From a virus (lineage: Duplodnaviria > Heunggongvirae > Uroviricota > Caudoviricetes), in IMG/VR virus record IMGVR_UViG_2534681654_000003, positions 1 through 8,520 of that record: a DNA stretch of 8,520 nt, one strand, 5' to 3'. The notes beneath the pieces are model-generated. The model saw only the letters and a list, made by a program, of their open reading frames with translations, did not search any database and was not told the DNA's origin. Each line of letters begins with the position of its first letter. Positions within the stretch are counted from its first letter, which is position 1. The position numbers and the translations under genes are program-made. This document shows, piece after piece, positions 6,219 to 8,520 of the stretch.

Positions 6219-6232
6219 ATCAGGAGGTCTAT

Positions 6233-6616
6233 ATGACACGCAGAACTCAGTTCAAAGGCAATTCACGTTCTCGTCGTCGTGAGCGTTTAAAGGCAAAGGC
6301 ATTAGCTAACGGCGTACTGGCCCGCGAAGAAGCAATAAGTTCAGAAGTATTACACCGCCCTACTCTAAGCAGAGCGCAGATTCAGGCTAAAGGTACTCAC
6401 GAAACGCCTGAGCGCATAGAAGACGCTAAGCCAATTAAGTTCATGGCACAGGACGTGATCTGGCAACAGAAAGAATACAGACGCAATCTGGAGCGAGCGG
6501 CCATTGTGTACGCGAATGAGTTTGGACATAAGCAACCAGAAACTGGTGTATGTCTTCCAAACGTAGCCATTTACGCGGCAGGCTACCGGAAATCAAAACA
6601 ACTGACGGCGAGGTGA
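6233..6616 (+). CDS. N: N-type transcription antiterminator, P22 gene 24-like
   Basis: 127 aa with an arginine-rich N-terminus (RRTQFKGNSRSRRRERLKAKA). The C-terminus LPNVAIYAAGYRKSKQLTAR matches P22 N ...LPGVALYAAGHRKSKQITAR (recalled). Strong SD; cognate boxB upstream. Confidence 0.85.
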   Translation: MTRRTQFKGNSRSRRRERLKAKALANGVLAREEAISSEVLHRPTLSRAQIQAKGTHETPERIEDAKPIKFMAQDVIWQQKEYRRNLERAAIVYANEFGHKQPETGVCLPNVAIYAAGYRKSKQLTAR

Positions 6617-6674
6617 CTTGTGTTGGTCGCCAGAAAATGAAATTAGGCAGCAAACCACTTATTTGAGGTGAGAT

Positions 6675-7145
6675 ATGACAAAATCATGGAGCGTACCTTT
6701 TCCTGAATCAGAAACTGAACATGATGGAATGCCTGTTTTCTGGAGATTCCAGGCGACAGTTGAAGAAGATGGGATAAAAATATTCGCACTTCAATATATA
6801 GCTTTTCATCAGACAGAGCATTATGCATGGTTGGTTCCTGCGCATTGGATTGTTAATTTTAAACCAGCACCAAATCAGTGGTTACAGGAATGGAAACAAA
6901 GGAGAAATAGATATGCAATTAAGAAAGTAGCAAAAAATGCAGAAAGATCTTTTGCATTCCCAACGAAGAAACTTGCCATTGAAAGTTTATTGCGCCGGAA
7001 GAAATACCATTTAATGAGAATCAAACAAGATTTGGCTGTTGTATCAACTCTTGTTGATGGTATGAAGAATATTGATACATCAACACCAGATATTGAATAT
7101 AACTTTGGACACAACCAAGAAACAGAAAATTGGGTATTTTATTAG
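6675..7145 (+). CDS. Hypothetical protein, 156 aa, AT-rich moron between N and the cIII region (lambda ral/sieB position)
   Basis: SD GAGGTGAG upstream of the ATG. Visibly more AT-rich than the flanking genes. Trp-rich and apparently soluble, with no transmembrane-like hydrophobic stretch. No recognisable motif. Confidence 0.65.
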   Translation: MTKSWSVPFPESETEHDGMPVFWRFQATVEEDGIKIFALQYIAFHQTEHYAWLVPAHWIVNFKPAPNQWLQEWKQRRNRYAIKKVAKNAERSFAFPTKKLAIESLLRRKKYHLMRIKQDLAVVSTLVDGMKNIDTSTPDIEYNFGHNQETENWVFY

Positions 7146-7247
7146 TACGAATAAGCACTGTGTATTCATTCCAACGAGTGAATACACGGAGCAATGTCGC
7201 TCGTAACTAAACAGGAGCCGACTTGTTCTGATTATTGGAAATCTTCT

Positions 7248-7276
7248 TTGCCCTCCAGTGTGAGGGCAATTTTTTT
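7248..7276 (+). terminator. Rho-independent terminator between the 156-aa moron and the next gene
   Basis: Perfect 8-bp stem ttgccctc (7248-7255) / gagggcaa (7262-7269), 6-nt loop, then 7 T (7270-7276). Confidence 0.7.
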
Positions 7277-7288
7277 GACGGAGGATAT

Positions 7289-7600
7289 ATGAAATTACGT
7301 GTCTGGCATATCCCGCAAGTACCTATGAAGCCGTTCATTGTAGAAGTGGCAAGTGTTGAAGAGGGTGTTCGTCTGATGGACGCACTGGCTGATTATGACG
7401 CCTTTCAGTATGACAACAACATCAAGCCTGATTACTGCAATGCTAACGGCCTTGAGATGTGGGATGAGAGCCTTACCGATGAAGATTTATCAGAGATGGG
7501 GCTTACTGATCGCTGGGTGGATTGGTACAGCGAATGCCAATGTTACGACGACCCACGTAAATATCTCGAAAGCCTGAAAGAAGAAACATCAGCCGCCTAA
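7289..7600 (+). CDS. Hypothetical early-left operon protein, 103 aa (about the position of lambda ea10; identity unverified)
   Basis: ATG at 7289 preceded by SD GGAGGA. The TTG start at 7235 used by the ORF track would put the terminator 7248-7276 inside the coding region, so the shorter start is preferred. Confidence 0.6.
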   Translation: MKLRVWHIPQVPMKPFIVEVASVEEGVRLMDALADYDAFQYDNNIKPDYCNANGLEMWDESLTDEDLSEMGLTDRWVDWYSECQCYDDPRKYLESLKEETSAA

Positions 7601-7672
7601 GCGCGGCTTTACCGCATACCAATAACGCTTCACTCGAGGCGTTTTTCGTTATGTATAAATAAGGAGCACACC

Positions 7673-7837
7673 ATGCAATATGCCATTGCAGGGTGGCCTG
7701 TTGCTGGCTGCCCTTCCGAATCTTTACTTGAACGAATTACCCGTAAATTACGTGACGGATGGAAACGCCTTATCGACATACTTAATCAGCCAGGAGTCCC
7801 GAAAAATGGATCAAACAATTATGGCTATCCAGACTAA
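7673..7837 (+). CDS. cIII: CIII, lambda-type protease-inhibitor lysogeny factor
   Basis: Hand-translated 54 aa: [54 protein letters not shown], which matches lambda CIII as I recall it. SD AAGGAG upstream. Confidence 0.85.
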   Translation: MQYAIAGWPVAGCPSESLLERITRKLRDGWKRLIDILNQPGVPKNGSNNYGYPD

Positions 7838-7949
7838 ATTCACTATCGCCACTTTTATTGGCGATGAAAAGATGTTTCGTGAAGCCGTCGACGCTTATAA
7901 AAAATGGATATTAATGCTGAAACTGAGATCAAGCAAAAGCATTCACTAA
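7806..7949 (+). CDS. kil: Kil, lambda-type host-killing/FtsZ-inhibiting protein
   Basis: 47 aa ([47 protein letters not shown]). Start overlaps the 3' end of cIII in another frame, as in lambda. SD AGGAG upstream. Confidence 0.75.
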   Translation: MDQTIMAIQTKFTIATFIGDEKMFREAVDAYKKWILMLKLRSSKSIH

Positions 7950-8024
7950 CCCCATTTCCTGTTTTCCTAATCAGCCTGGCATTTCGCGGGCGATATTTTC
8001 ACAGCCATTTTCAGGAGTTCAGCC

Positions 8025-8321
8025 ATGAACGCTTATTACATTCAGGATCGTCTTGAGGCTCAGAGCTGGGCGCGTCACTACCAGCAGATCGCCCGTGAAG
8101 AGAAAGAGGCAGAACTGGCAGACGACATGGAAAAAGGCCTGCCCCAGCACCTGTTTGAATCGCTATGCATCGATCATTTGCAACGCCACGGGGCCAGCAA
8201 AAAAGCCATTACCCGTGCGTTTGATGACGATGTTGAGTTTCAGGAGCGCATGGCAGAACACATCCGGTACATGGTTGAAACCATTGCTCACCATCAGGTT
8301 GATATTGATTCAGAGGTATAA
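8025..8321 (+). CDS. gam: Gam, RecBCD inhibitor (short form)
   Basis: 98 aa starting [21 protein letters not shown] and ending [10 protein letters not shown], near-identical to lambda Gam as recalled. SD CAGGAG upstream. Confidence 0.9.
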   Translation: MNAYYIQDRLEAQSWARHYQQIAREEKEAELADDMEKGLPQHLFESLCIDHLQRHGASKKAITRAFDDDVEFQERMAEHIRYMVETIAHHQVDIDSEV

Positions 8322-8326
8322 AACGG

Positions 8327-8520
8327 ATGAGTACAGCACTCGCAACGCTGGCTGGGAAGCTGGCTGAACGTGTCGGCATGGATTCTGTCGACCCACAGGA
8401 ACTGATCACCACTCTTCGCCAGACGGCATTTAAAGGCGATGCCAGCGATGCGCAGTTCATCGCATTGTTGATCGTCGCCAACCAGTACGGCCTTAATCCG
8501 TGGACGAAAGAAATTTACGC
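8327..8520 (+). CDS. bet: Bet (Red-beta) single-strand annealing recombinase, 5' partial; runs off the window end
   Basis: Hand-translated: MSTALATLAGKLAERVGMDSVDPQELITTLRQTAFKGDASDAQFIALLIVANQYGLNPWTKEIY, which matches the lambda Bet N-terminus as recalled. Absent from the ORF track because there is no stop in the window. Confidence 0.9.
   Translation, partial: MSTALATLAGKLAERVGMDSVDPQELITTLRQTAFKGDASDAQFIALLIVANQYGLNPWTKEIY

Noticed and set aside
5992-6282. ORFs 5992..6198 (minus) and 6085..6282 (plus) in the N leader
   Set aside because: They overlap nutL and the leader stem, and the second runs into the N start in another frame. The leader is expected to be non-coding regulatory RNA.
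6441-7114. Minus-strand ORFs 6441..6653, 6643..6828 and 6875..7114
   Set aside because: Antisense to N and to the 156-aa gene. No SD or motif.
7235-7288. TTG start at 7235 extending the 7289..7600 gene to 121 aa
   Set aside because: The extension would contain a strong intrinsic terminator (7248-7276). The ATG at 7289 has a near-consensus SD.
7395-7577. Alternative-frame 60-aa ORF inside the 7289..7600 gene
   Set aside because: It is nested out of frame within a gene that has a strong SD, has no SD of its own and shows no recognisable motif. Shadow frame.
7680-7949. Single 89-aa ORF called by the track across cIII and kil
   Set aside because: It is the kil frame extended upstream to an in-frame ATG inside cIII. 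The recognised products are cIII (7673..7837) and Kil from the ATG at 7806, which has its own SD.
7904-8056. Upstream frame starting [18 protein letters not shown], resembling the N-terminal extension of the long Gam form
   Set aside because: Here it is out of frame with the gam ATG at 8025 and stops shortly after. It has no SD. I could not tell whether this reflects a real frameshift or my imperfect recall of the lambda sequence.
8053-8481. ORFs 8053..8367 (plus, alternate frame) and 8209..8481 (minus) overlapping gam and bet
   Set aside because: The gam and bet frames translate to recognisable lambda proteins. These are shadow frames.
1-8520. Search for tRNA, CRISPR repeats, IS inverted repeats, integrase and att sites
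   Set aside because: No regularly spaced short repeats with unique spacers, no cloverleaf-like segments, no transposase- or integrase-like ORFs. The window is internal to the prophage, so att sites and int would lie elsewhere.

Overview
This window is the early-control and replication core of a mosaic lambdoid prophage, in the reverse orientation to the standard lambda map. The leftward arm (minus strand) runs PR -> cro-like -> nutR -> cII-like -> 48-aa ORF -> O-like initiator with embedded iterons -> DnaB-family helicase -> 89-aa ORF -> terminator. The rightward arm (plus strand) runs PRM -> leaderless cI (S24-type repressor) -> in-frame lambda-like cI C-terminal fossil -> accessory genes (113 aa, 177 aa, 44 aa) -> terminator -> candidate PL -> P22-type nutL boxB -> N -> AT-rich 156-aa moron -> terminator -> 103-aa ORF -> cIII, kil, gam and the start of bet. 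The last four match lambda from memory; N and the boxB sites are P22-type; the immunity and replication genes are neither lambda nor P22. No tRNA, rRNA, CRISPR array, IS element, integrase or att site was seen. The best candidates for an undescribed system are the two accessory islands: the rexAB-position cluster at 4354-5726 and the ral/sieB-position moron at 6675-7145. All protein identifications are from visual motif recognition and recalled sequences, not database searches.
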